Of a DNA stretch of 64,000 bases, positions 1 to 12,100 are shown one piece after another. The stretch lies in the NCBI GenBank assembly GCA_907165135.1, contig OU015566.1, positions 5,952,001-6,016,000 of the forward strand, written 5' to 3'. Position numbers and translations under genes: made by a program. The DNA is from Oikopleura dioica. Taxonomy: Eukaryota; Animalia; Chordata. Within the stretch, counting starts at the first letter, position 1, and each line of letters opens with the position of its first letter. The notes beneath the pieces are model-generated. The model was not told the DNA's origin. It worked only from the letters and a program-made list of their open reading frames with translations, and made no database searches.

Positions 1-60
1 CTCTCTTGTTATTTTTCGGAAATACTTCAAAGTGGAGCAAAACTTTGAAGCCGATTTTAA

Positions 61-740
61 GGGTAGGATCCCCGTACAGGCCCAAAGCAGAGAGACTCTC
101 CTCCGAACCCAACAATGCTGGTTAGGCGTGTAATGGCTTAAAATAAAGTTCGATCCAAGATCTTCTGATTGATACGAGATTTTTACAAAATTCTTAGAAA
201 AATGTCACGAGCTAGTCGCTCAAAGTTGTCGTCTCAGCGAAAAATCGCAAAATAAGCCTATATTCAAGGCGACTCACCTCAAAAAATTGTAAAGAAAACC
301 GATCGAATATTTTTTGAGAGTAAAGCTTAGAACATTATCTTAGAACTGAAACGAGCATTTTCCAAATGGTCAAAATTTTCAATGTAAAAATTTTTAGAGT
401 ATGAAGGTATCTGGTTTTTGTCCCTTTGGCCCCCTAAATTGCCTTGCGGGCATAGTCCAAAAGGCACTGTCTTCATTCCAAATTAATCTCTTGAACATGA
501 GCTTACAAAAAAGGTATCATATGACAACCTAGCAAAACGACCGAAAAAGATGAAAATTTAAGAATTTCCGCCTTCTAGCCAAAATACACTAATTTCGCCA
601 TTTTCAATTGCAATTTGCGGGAAAACGGATTGAGACAGAGTAAATGCTTATCTGAAGTTTTATGGTCAGAATTTCATGAGAATTTTGAAAAGAGATTTTA
701 AAATAGACTCTGAGACTTGATGCTGTACGGAGATCCTACC
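61..740. mobile_element. Non-autonomous DNA transposon (MITE), TTAA-flanked with GG...CC termini (Kolobok-like)
   Basis: The left end ttaa|gggtaggatccccgtacag (57-79) is the near-perfect inverted repeat of ctgtacggagatcctacc|ttaa (723-744). TTAA lies on both sides and there is no ORF. Confidence 0.75.
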
Positions 741-773
741 TTAATTCAGATTTTCGCATAAAATCACTAATTT

Positions 774-1129
774 CGGTTTACTTGCACAATTTGGACCTTT
801 TTTGTTTAGCAGATTTCTCGAAAAAGGGCCGAATTGTGCGGGTCCGAAATTCGAATTAATTTGCTGTTACTTTAAAAAAGATCAATTTTGGAGCCCTAAA
901 ATGTTGAAATATCACTTTTTTCGTCAATTTTCCCCGTAAATTCTACGTGTTTACCAGAAGAAAGATTAAGAAATAGCATTTATCTCGTAAATACATCTTA
1001 CAAAATACGTTTGAGCAAGCAAATTCGACAGAAATTCACAAAGATGGCTTATTGAGCGAATTTCATTAATTTTTGCAAAATTCGGAAAAAGGGCCGAATT
1101 GTGCGGGTCCAAATTGTGCGAGTCAACTG
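774..1129. mobile_element. Degenerate Tc1/mariner-type MITE
   Basis: The right end ggtccaaattgtgcgagtcaactg|ta is inverted to the left cggtttacttgcacaatttggacc. An internal direct repeat aaaaagggccgaattgtgcgggtcc occurs at ~821 and ~1086. A TA flank is intact only on the right. Confidence 0.55.
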
Positions 1130-1136
1130 TAATTAA

Positions 1137-1901
1137 GGATATAAGCTATGAATTTGAACTTTTGTAGCGCCTAAATGGGAAGTAGGATCATTTTCATTTC
1201 AAAAGCAATCCTACCTAAAAATGCACGCAAAACTCAAATCTGGTATTTTAAAAAAAATTTTATAGAAAATTCTCCTTTTAGAGCGTTTTCAAATCTTACG
1301 ATCTCGATTTCTCGAAATTTTTTCATTGAATCGCTAAAACTAAACCGTGCCAATTATTTCGATGATGTTAAGCTAAAAAATTGACGGGCTTTTTTTCCAA
1401 AACTCCCTCGAATTTTCATTCTAGCGTTTTCCTCTTTCTTGCTCGTGTTTTTCTTCTTTTTGTGCTTTTTCGCGTGCAACCAATCAAAGCGCTCCGCTCA
1501 ACCGCGCCAATCTCACGGAAAAGAGGAGTCGAGAGAGCGAGCGCCCAGCGCGCCGCTTTTTACACTATTCACGCGCTGGGTAAGCCTCATGGAAATGGCT
1601 CTAAAATCGGTTTTGGTCGGAATTAGGGAAAACTGAACCGTCAATTTTGTAGATAAGGGTTAAGAGAAGTTATTTATCGAAAAAACTCAACCATTTTATG
1701 GAACCATTTAGTGGAAAAATTTCGAGGAATCGCGATCGTAAGATTTGAAAACGCTCTAAAATGAAAATTTTCTATAAAATTTTTTTTTAAAGTACCAGAT
1801 TTGAGTTTTACGTGCATTTTTAAGTAGGATTACTCTTGAAGTGAAAATGATCCTACTTCGCATTTAGGCGCTACGAAAGTTCAAATTCATAGCTTATATC
1901 C
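1137..1901. mobile_element. MITE with long (~190 bp) terminal inverted repeats, TTAA-flanked (Kolobok-like)
   Basis: ttaa|ggatataagctatgaatttgaactt... (1133 onward) pairs with ...aagttcaaattcatagcttatatcc|ttaa (to 1905). The inverted match continues ~190 bp inward. Confidence 0.85.
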
Positions 1902-2347
1902 TTAAGCGCGTGGCGGGCCAGAGGCCCTTACGCGCGCATTTTCTGGTAGAAAACTCATTAAATTGGCGGGGCCCAACTCTCGCTCTTGTTCAGAATTGTT
2001 TCTTAGGTTATTGTTGGGTCGGATGAGTGCCGGATGATTTCGGACCGGGCGACGCTGGGCGGCGCAGGGCGGCACAATTCAATACCCCCCATTTTGAGGC
2101 TTCATTTTTGGGAGTCTTCTTCTTCATCCCAAAAATTGCATTTGAAAATTGGACTTTTCGCCGAAAATTGACGAGAATGACCTTATTTTTGCGAAAATTC
2201 TAATTTTCTTAGTTAAAAATTTTTCTTGTCAAGTTTATGAAAGAAATGCTGATATTTCAGTTATTCGGAGGTAAATCGGGTCAAATTTTTCGATTTATTA
2301 AATTGCTCATATTTGCCAGCCCTTACATTAACTATATCTTTGTTTAG

Positions 2348-5300
2348 AGGATTTTTTGTATTTCACTTTGGTTCTGCGATAGGAACCCATCGAATTGAGA
2401 TTCGTCGAAAAGAAAATGATAGATTTATTTTTCCAGTTGTTGTCATCTGAAAAAGGTCGAAAAATGATTACGAATCAAATCTGACAGAAATAGGCTTTGA
2501 TTATTTTTGAGCTTTTCTAGCTCTCCGAATAGAAGATCGGATAAATGCTATTATTACGCTCCTGATTACAATCTTGATCGTTTCGAAGAAGCACAAGGAT
2601 TCATTGCAAGCAATCATTTCAATGCAAAAGTTTCCGCAATTAGTTTCAATGATTTTTTTCATCTTATGAGTGTCAGGCTTGGCGAACATTTCATCAAACT
2701 CTCCAAAACTAAGGCATTAAACCGAATAAGGCAAAGTGAGGAATTGGAAAGAGGGTGGAAAAAGGACGAAATCAAATTGCCCACGGAGTTTAAAAGCCTG
2801 GATCCCGTCCACGTCGTCCCTTTGAAACGAGTTAAAAACAATTTATTATTCTTATTTGGAAGAGGCTTATCAATTATAGCTCAAAAAAGATAGATTCCGG
2901 AAAACTGATTCTTATTATGGTAGCAAGAAGTATTTCCCTCTCTAACACACTATATTCGGTCTTATTGGATGCAGATGGAAAATTTTTCTCAATTGGTAGA
3001 GAGTGGATTGGCTCTTTAATTAAATATCAAAAAAAATCAATCTGCGATTCGAAATTATTTGCCCCAGATGATTTGTATTACACAAATCTAGGAGGAATCA
3101 TAAATGATGAATGCGAGTACTTTGCGAATGGCATCATCAACGACGAAAAAATTTATATTGAAAACTATATTTTTGATGCAAGATTTGAGGTTGTATTTAA
3201 TTTAGGAAATGGTTGATAACTCTTGTTCAAAAACATAGACAAGTCCACATTTTAACCAATAAACAAGACGAAATCGAAATCGAGTTTGTGCAGCAAAAAG
3301 CAGTAATGGAAATGCATGTGACCAGTAATCCTTATTTTGCATTCCACAAAGATGTCTTTCCGGCTTTTTCAAAAAATAGCGTCAAGCCCCAGCGACGATT
3401 TCCTATCCCAAGCCCGACCTTTACAACAATCATACCTAATAATATTTGGGATGAACCTTTTTCGTTGCTTGAAGGATTTAAACATATTTCGACTGTCGAG
3501 ATGAAACTGAATGGACAAGAAAGTTTCGACCTGAGCATTGATTTTCAGGGGAGTCTTCGCGCTCATAGAGAAAGTAAAATCCTTGAATGCAAATTCTTTG
3601 ATGGAACGACCCTTTTCAGCTTCGGAATATCATCAGATAGCTCTCTTTGGATTTTTTCTGATTTTTTTAATGAACGGTTTATTTTGAAATCAAACTCTTC
3701 AGAATTGGTTGAATTGGGAATTTCATTTATTCTTGATCACTCTTCAAAATTATACTTTATTGAGTTTCTTGAGGAAGGGTTGTAACAGATAATTATATTT
3801 TTAAATTTCACCAATATTTATTTAAAAGATAAAAAAAAGCGGTGGCGGCCGGCTTTGTTCGTGAATTACAAAAGTCATTCGAAAAATAAAAAAATTTATG
3901 GCCGATAATTGCTCATAATTTTTTCAAAATGTGTTTAAACTTGAGAAAAATAAGCTTCTGCCAAGCTTATCAGTTCTCTACCAGTAAATGCGCAAAGCGC
4001 ACACTCATGGCAAATTTGTAGTTCGTTGCGAACTGCCTAGGAAGATTACCAACGGCCTTCGCAAGATAATGATGAGCGTTCGCAAACAAGGCCGCCATAC
4101 ACAAAAATAATTCAAAGTCACTGATAAGTTAAAAAGTGATATGAGGAATTTCCGCACCTCAAGCCCGCACTTTTTCTACTCTTCTCTCGTTCTTTAGGAA
4201 GCATAAACTTGTCACACAATTGAATTTATTTATTTTTATATATTAAAAATTATTCAACTCCAAAAGGATTATACAAAAATGTGGGGACACAAATCAAAAA
4301 TTGAAATCAAAGGACTGGAGAATATTCTCAACAAAAAAATCAGGATTTATAAGTGTGACAATAGCACTAAAATCAAAAAACTCATTCACTCGAAGCCGAG
4401 GCAGATCAACGTTATTCCTTCTCGTAACTCTTATGATTTTTACGAACCTTATTCATTGCTAATAGATGAGTACATTAAAAAACCGGGATATTTTTATTCC
4501 CCGTCGGAAACGAGATTTGTTAAAAGCCAGACCATTTCGAATTACATAATGAACTCGAGACATGCGCTTGTTAACGATTATGTGCATATATTTGGAGGCT
4601 TTTATAATCCTTTAGGGGTAAGCATTTGTTTCAAGCATAAAGCTTTGAATATTTTATTGTCGTAGCGCCGAATCCCTGTTACGAATTTTTTTCAGAAACT
4701 GTACTTAAAATCAATTTTTCAACCAGCCTTTTTTTTAGGTATTTTCTAGAGTGTTTGTATCTAATAATCTAATTGGCATTTTTGATTTCTTTTCTCAAAA
4801 AAGGGCAATCTCTCGCAAAAAAATAGTAATATTTTTTATACCGTGATTTTATTATGACATTTGACAAGCGATTTAAGGGCGCTTGAGCCAAGGCCAAGAT
4901 AAAATCTCGTTTTTGTCTTAAAATAATTCGTCCGTGTCTGTGTTCTCCGTTAAAATCTAAAGTCTAGTCAGTCCGTGTTCGGATATAAAAACGGATTTTC
5001 GTCCGGTGTTTTTCGAACAAGTCCGTTTTAGTCCTTTTTTCCCCTTGAAATCCGGACATATTTTTTGGTATCATTTTAAAGCAGCTTTTCCACTGAAAAC
5101 GGATATGATATCTCCATTACGTGAAAATAGACTTCTAAAATTATAATTTTTCAGTATACTTTATTGAATTTTATTGAATTTATATTAATTCTTTAAGGAA
5201 GATTCTTAAATTGCATTCTGAAGTGGGTTTTTCGTATTATTATTTTTCAAAATATGTCCAAAGAAGAAACTTATATATCAATTTATAAAAAATCAAATAT

Positions 5301-7139
5301 GCAACGGGTTTATCGATATATAAACCTTAGATTTCTCTTTAGATATCTCGATTAGATGGCTGTCAATTTACAAAACTATCAATTGAACTTATTTTTTCAT
5401 ACTCATCTGATCATGCAGCTTTAACAGTTGACGAAGGTAGCAAAGGTTAGAATATTAACGTTTATATAAGAAAGGTTATTGTGAGTGCGAAATATATAAA
5501 TGATATACAATAACTTGAAGGAGAGGCGTCGAGATATTTTTCGTCATTTTGTAAAGGCTGTTACTAGTTATTACTTTTAATGCCAAATAATGAGCATAAA
5601 CATCGTAAAAATTCTTTCCTAAAAACGCTTCTATATTTCTTCAACCCTTTTTCATATACCTGAGTATTCAAAATTGACCTGCTTAATCAGAAATTTCTAC
5701 ATTTTTTGCCACGGGATACTCGATATCCCGATACTTCGTACCCATAGTCAGTGGGCAATAGTCTGTTTGCCATAGAAAACACATTGACATGACCTTTTAA
5801 CTAGCGAAAAATCGACAATGATTCTTTTTTTTAAGCACTCATTTGTTTCGGTAATTGGTATTCAAAAACATGCGAGTTGTTTGATGGACTTAATTCAACG
5901 AGAACATTTTCGGCAAAACACGATCACGACGAAGGTGAATTGGGTTTATATAATGGTAATCCGACAGCAATCGGAGGAGATAGATATGCAAGTTTATTTT
6001 GGGATGATACTGAAGCACATGTTGAAACGTTGACAGAAGATGGCTGGATTTCACTGCAGAAACATCCACGGTAGTTTTGAAGTAAAAAAATCATACTATT
6101 ATTTAGGACATTACAAAAATTTTCTGCAGTTGGGCTACCTTCAGGAAGTCTTCTTACCATCGGAGGCCACGAGAGTTGGTATAGCCCATTGGATGAAGTT
6201 TGGCGACTTATGAAGAACGAGTGGTCAATTGCCGGCGTTCTTTCCGAAGTAATTAAGCAGGGTTTTTCTGACCACAAGAATATATTAAATAGCATAACAT
6301 TAACCCGTTAGTCAAACCATATTATTTGTTTGAGTGTTGTAAAAATTGTATAAATATTATTCTTAGACACTTTTTTGTGAAGGCTGATAAAGGATATCGT
6401 ATGTTATTTGTGAGATTATAAACAAAATGTTCTTTACTCAAATAATATGATATAAATTGCCAAAAATTAAAAAAATCATATTTTTAGGCTATGCATCATA
6501 CATCCGCATTACTTTTGGACCGGTCTATCATTATTTTCCCCGGCGAAGCTTATGGATATGAATTTCCGATTCAAAATATGACATTAGGTGAAGGTTACAG
6601 AATTTGATATAACGACACTGTTTTTTCCTCTTTTGTGGACCCCAATTTCGTGGTCATTTCTTCATTTTAAGGGGTTTTCGAGGGACTCTTATGCAAGGAT
6701 GATGCTTCATTTTTTGGCCCTTCGTCAAGCCGAAAAAATTTAAAAGGAAGAAACAGATTGTTTTTTCAAAAATAAGGATGTTCTTTATAAAATAAATGGC
6801 TTTTACCGTATAAGTAATAAAGCTTCATTAACCCAAAATGGTAAAACAGGTAGAAAAAGCGTTTCAATGATTAAATTCGCCATTTTTCGAAGAAAAATAA
6901 ATGTAAGAAAAAATTTTTAGGCCTTACGGCGGGATATTTTTTATGAAAATTATGCGCCAAAAGTGGCCACAAAAGAGGAAAATAACTGTATAAGGGAACT
7001 CATCTAATAATATTGTTTTTGGAACTTTCAAAAAGATTCGAATGATACTGTCATTTCGACAGATATTATTTCTAAGCATGGACAGGCATCTGATCATCCG
7101 ATTATATTTCTATCATCTATTGATTACTGTAGTTTATAA
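2348..7139 (+). CDS. Multi-exon gene (5' part not resolved) of a lineage-expanded family with C-terminal kelch-like beta-propeller; paralogue of 52486-58511; contains an in-frame TGA at 2448-2450
   Basis: Exons in ORFs 2507, 2917, 3213, 4279 and 5877 align in order with ORFs 54725, 55592, 56448, 57006 and 57590 (e.g. KCYYYAPDYN, GGIINDECEYF, MHVTSNPYFAFH). Kelch-like motifs IFGG, LGLYNGNPTAIGG, LLTIGG and EVW are present. The stop TAA is at 7137-7139. Confidence 0.65.
6616..6988. mobile_element. Tc1/mariner-type MITE in an intron
   Basis: ttttcctcttttgtgg near 6623 is inverted to ccacaaaagaggaaaataactg|ta (to 6990). Confidence 0.55.
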
Positions 7140-8077
7140 AAATACTAACTTATAATCATGCGATTTCTTTTCTCTTCTGTGGACTCTCTTTTTGTGGGTA
7201 CTTTATTCATTATGAAGGATCTATGTCACATAAATTATGATTAAAAAATGTTAACAAAATAGAAAATTACTACATTTAACATCCTAAATTTGGTTCATAT
7301 TTTTTGAACCCGAAGTTTTCAAAAATGTACCGAATTTCGGTTTTTCCGCTATTTTTGCGGATTTGTCAACATAAAAGGAAATTTTCTCTGTTCTTCTGTC
7401 TTTCACCCTGTCTATGGACTGTTTATAGATCTTATAGCAAGGCAAAATGGATAAACAAAAAAGCTCTCACATAAAAACAAATTACCATTTATTTACCATA
7501 TATTTACAGGTCTGTATTAATGAAACAGATCAATTTTAGTTTGAGCAAGAAATTGCCCTTGTTTACAGTGTTCGACAGAGACAGATCAGCGAAACAAATA
7601 CTGATCTGGAGAGAAAACCGGTTGAACAGGGAGCAAATCTGTATTTATCTATGGATCTTTGATGTTTAACAGCCCTGAATCTTTTATTATTTCGGGGAGT
7701 AATTTTCGTCAGACCTGTCTCTGTTTACTCTGTAAACTTTTTAGTATGGACCAGCGAAAATTTTGGGCATGTCTGTTGTACAAAAAGTTCTATAGTGTGT
7801 CAGAAACAGGGTGTCAAATCGCGGGGGAGCGAGAAGGGATCGCGACAAAAAAGCAAGCCAAAGACCTTTGGCTAGCGCCAGAGCTGATGCGCGAGATTTG
7901 CCTTGCCCCTCTCGCGTTTCCTATAAAAATTTTCGCCCAGGTTTGGTCTTGAGTGTTTTTGCAATATCAATCTTACTGATTAAATTTGTCAATTATGTAT
8001 TCCGAGCAACAGAGAATCTGGTTATGTTTTTTTATTTGCAGAATTAGGGAGGCACTCTATATCATATAGACTATATG

Positions 8078-9143
8078 TAGGGGGTGCACAGTGGGAAAAT
8101 CGAATTTTTAATCATCCTCTTATAGGGATGAATAATATATCGATGAAAAGCCCATGATCCACTGATCATTTGAACATGTGACTTGGGGTCATAAAAGGTA
8201 ACGTGAGGTCACATGAGGTCAAAATCTGATTTTTCTCAAAATCGACGTAACTAGGGTTTCTTTGCATGATTTTGATCGCTGATGATCACTGATCATATGA
8301 ATTATCATATAACACTCATCCAGACCCATCCTGAGCCATCAGAGAAAAATATGAAAAAATGAGAAAAATTAAATTTCACTGTAAAAGGGACGGGGCTGAG
8401 ACGGCCCGAAGGGCCGTCAAGCCCATTTAAAATTAAAAGCCAGGGACGGGGCTAAGACGGCCCGAAGGGCCGTCAAGCCCATTTAAAATTAAAAGCCAGG
8501 GACGGGGCTGAGACGGCCCGAAGGGCCGTCAAGCCCATTTAAAATTAAAAGTCAGGGACGGGGCTGAGACGGCCCGAAGGGCGGTCAAGCCCATTTAAAA
8601 TTAAAAGCCAGGGACGGGGCTGAGATTATAATTATAATAAATTTTTTGAAATTATAATAATTTTTTCCCTCTTTCAGAAGCATTCTTCTACCAGCGAATT
8701 CCTCCGGAGGACAATTTATGACTCAAGCCAGATCACATGATCAGTTTCAGTCATCTAGACTGGAAAACAGTCATGAAAAAAAAATGTCATCGTCGGGATT
8801 CGAACACCCCACTTGGCCGAAAAATGAAGGGTTTTGACAGAAAATCGGCTCTAGAATTTTTTGCTCACGAGTGCACAAAATCATATGACTATCATTTGAA
8901 AGCGCATAATCTGCTTTCTCTAATACTAGAAAATTACGAGGTAACCTTTTGGCACTTTTTTTCTACAGGCAAAAGTATGTTTAGTCTACCCTTCTCACGT
9001 GATTTGAGGGGTGAAAATGTGTTTTTTGAGTTTTCTTGTAATGAAATAAAATGATCCTTAGATGAAAACGGATCTTTTTGAAAGGTCATATTATCGATAC
9101 ATGTACTTTTAAATTTTCCGATTTTCCCACTGTGCACCCCCTA
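8078..9143. mobile_element. hAT-like non-autonomous element with internal 56-bp tandem array
   Basis: TIR tagggggtgcacagtgggaaaatcg / cgattttcccactgtgcacccccta, with a perfect 8-bp TSD actatatg at 8070-8077 and 9144-9151. Confidence 0.9.
8386..8625. repeat. 56-bp tandem repeat, ~4.3 copies, each with a gacggccc-gaa-gggccgtc hairpin
   Basis: The unit agggacggggctgagacggcccgaagggccgtcaagcccatttaaaattaaaagcc is repeated with at most 2 substitutions per copy. Confidence 0.95.
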
Positions 9144-12100
9144 ACTATATGTCTCTCTCCGATTGATTGACTTCATATTATTCATCTTCTTCGGCGCAGC
9201 TTTTCTTCGTAACTTCTTGATCTTTTCCGAGACAAGACTGAGCCAGTCTAATTCGAGCTCGTCTTCTTTCACGCTTTGATTCGTGTCGCAAATAATCGCC
9301 ACAATTACATTCATCGTCAAGTACATCATCGAAAGATTCAAAGCAAAGTAGATGAACTTCGCCAGTAAGCGCCAGTTCGGATCGGGAAGTTCGTCTACTT
9401 CAACTCGCATATCTTCAAAAATTATGTTTGTTGTCGAAAAAAGGAGTGTACCTGAAGGCTTGAGATAGCCCTGCCAAATGATGACAAAGAAGGTTTTCCA
9501 CAAAGAGCGGAAAATGAAGGATGAGTAGCGGAAGATCAGGAAGACGACAGAGGAGAGTCCGAATTGAATCGGCAAAAGCGCCAACACAAATGGAGCCAGG
9601 GTCCTTTTCAGTTGTTTGAGGATGCTCTTGTACTCTGAAAAATAATTGAGAAGGAATAGGCTCTAGTACTTTACGTCTGACGGCGTTGAGAGTTGAGAGA
9701 ATGTGGATGAGCAGAAAGCTGTGTAGAAAAAGAGACATCGCGACGAGCGAAATGAAATGATGCTGAATCAAAAACACTTTTGAAAATGTCGGAGCCCCTT
9801 TTGGATCCAGGTTGAAGTTGTCGATTGCTTCGGAGAGATAATTTGATCGGAGAATGATGAAGGCCAAAATCACGACGTCGATCATCGTCAGCATTATTTT
9901 ATATAATGAAAGAAAGCTTACTTCCCGCTTTCTCAAAATACTGAAGATCTCGATTGTTTCATAAAGAAGCAGGGCAATAAAAACAATGAGGTTGAATGAG
10001 AAAGTGTAGTCCGTCAGTTCCACATTCTTGAGCTGCTGGATCGTCAGAGAAGGAATGATGGCACCTCCTTCCGCGAATTCGAAGACCACTCGAAATTGAG
10101 CAAAAGCGTTGATGTTCATGTTCAAAAAGCTCTGTTCAAAGATGAGCAGTTTTGTGTTTTGGTCGAACCAGGCGTTTTTGCGGAGATAATTCGTCATGTA
10201 ATCAGCACTTTCTTTTGAGGTCCCGAGAATAGAGGTGAATGCGCAAGTCGAACGGGAAAGTCGTGAAGGAGTTTGGAGAAAGATGTCTGAAGAAAGAAAC
10301 GATTTTGTTTTTGAAAAATAAGACGAGAGAAGTGGCGACTTCTTGACCTTTTCGATGACTCTTTCTGTTACATTCAGCTGGGGATTCCAATAAGTAGTGA
10401 AAAAGCCGCACTGATCACGATGCTGAATCAAAGAAGCAGGGCCAAGGCGGAAGTTGACACTGTCTCTTGCGTAGGCTTTGTCTTTCACGCTTGCCTTTTC
10501 GCCGTTACTGAGATTGCCGGAGTGGATGAGCGGAACGATTTCGTCTTGAATTAAATCCCAAGTTGAACTGACATTGAGTTGGGTCTGACTCGGAACGATG
10601 GAGATTTTGTCGCGGAAGTTTTTGTCGAGGTAGTACTTCTCAGTCGGTAAAATGACTGTTGAGAGACCATACAAGCTCAATGTCAAGAATAAATAAGAAA
10701 TAAATCGACGCAAAGTGATGTAAAAGTCAGTCTTGTGTTTTGATCTGTAGACCAGATTTGTGATTGCTTTTCTATCCAAAACTGATTTCGTGAGCTTTTG
10801 GTACAGTCCGTTTTCATATGACTCCGACTTTTCCAAAAACGTGTATTCGAGCTCACCCTGGTTGGCTGTTTTTCTTAAACAGACGATGAGAGGTATCAGA
10901 AAGAGCTCAAGAACAACGATAAAATAATTTCCTGTCATCCATAAGTCGAAGTATATTTCACTGCTTTTAGGTCAAGATGAGTATTTTCTGTGAAAACAGT
11001 TCACATAGCTTGACCAATCCTAAGAGCTGATGTTTGAAGCAGCATAAATTCGCCAAAAAATAATATTAAAACCCCGGCGAAAGTATGACTAACGAAGCGT
11101 TGTATAAAACGCATTCTAGCAATCTTCAGTAAAAGAGTGCGACTGTACATCTGCATCGGAAACATCAGCAAAACGATTGCTAACAGCGGTACTTGAAGAG
11201 TAGAGAGAGTAAGAGGTCCAAAGAGCAGAAACTTCACAGGAATAAACTTAGAAATTGAATTAGCCAGGTAAAAGGAATATAGAAAGGAGAGAAATGTTGA
11301 TAGCAAGAAGGAGAATCCAGCGAAAACAAGTCGCGATGACCCCGGAATTTCACTTTGTCTTCTCGATATTGCAGGGCCCAGCCAGTGGTTATTTTCGATA
11401 AGCTTTTCAAGGAAATTGCTTTCTTCGATACATTTATCAGAAATAATTTTTGATGAGGAAACTTCTTCGGTCCCCAAAACAGATATCTCGTCGTTCTCCT
11501 CATACATAACTGTACATTCGTGCCAAGAAATGCAATTAATAAATCCCTTCGAATTCGATAGAGGAAATTGGTGAACCTTGAAGAAAGATATTTTCTTTGG
11601 CAGGAATGATGCTTCGAGCTCTTTATGAAAATTTGTCGACAATTTCAGGCTCTTGATTTTCATAATCGGAAGCTGTATCAGAAAATTCGTAATTTTTCCG
11701 TTTTCGAATATTCGGCTAGTTTCGGAGCCAAGATAAAACTCGAGAATTTGGTGTCTGTTGAGAAAGTCGAGATAATAAACTTCCAGCTTGAGCATTTTGG
11801 GCGCCTTATTGAAGGAAAATCGCGAATTGATGGAAATAATGTAAAAACCGGCGACCGTTTGGAAGCTTTTTCGTATAAGAAGCGCAGGAGGGTGAAGAAA
11901 ATTGCTCTTGCTATTTTGACGGTCCAAAAAGTGACTGCGAATAAGAATACCCATCCAAAGAAAACCCAGGAGGACTGGGAACAGTTTCATGCTAACTGTA
12001 ATGATCTTGTTGACGAAGACTGTGTAATAGTCCGCGACAGTAGTGAAGCCTCCAGCTCGGGACGTGATTTTGTCGCCAGAAGAGATCTCGCATGAGCACT

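Noticed and set aside
1175-1636. Short ORFs as a transposase or gene (also 8737-9054 and 63563-63875)
   Set aside because: They lie within non-autonomous elements and show no recognisable motifs.
7140-7260. SECIS element in the 3' UTR (ATGA...AAA...GA)
   Set aside because: Spacing and helix pairing did not fit by eye. It cannot be claimed without a covariance-model search.
8386-8625. CRISPR-like array of palindromic repeats
   Set aside because: Intervening sequences are identical (no unique spacers), there are no cas genes, and the context is eukaryotic inside a hAT element.
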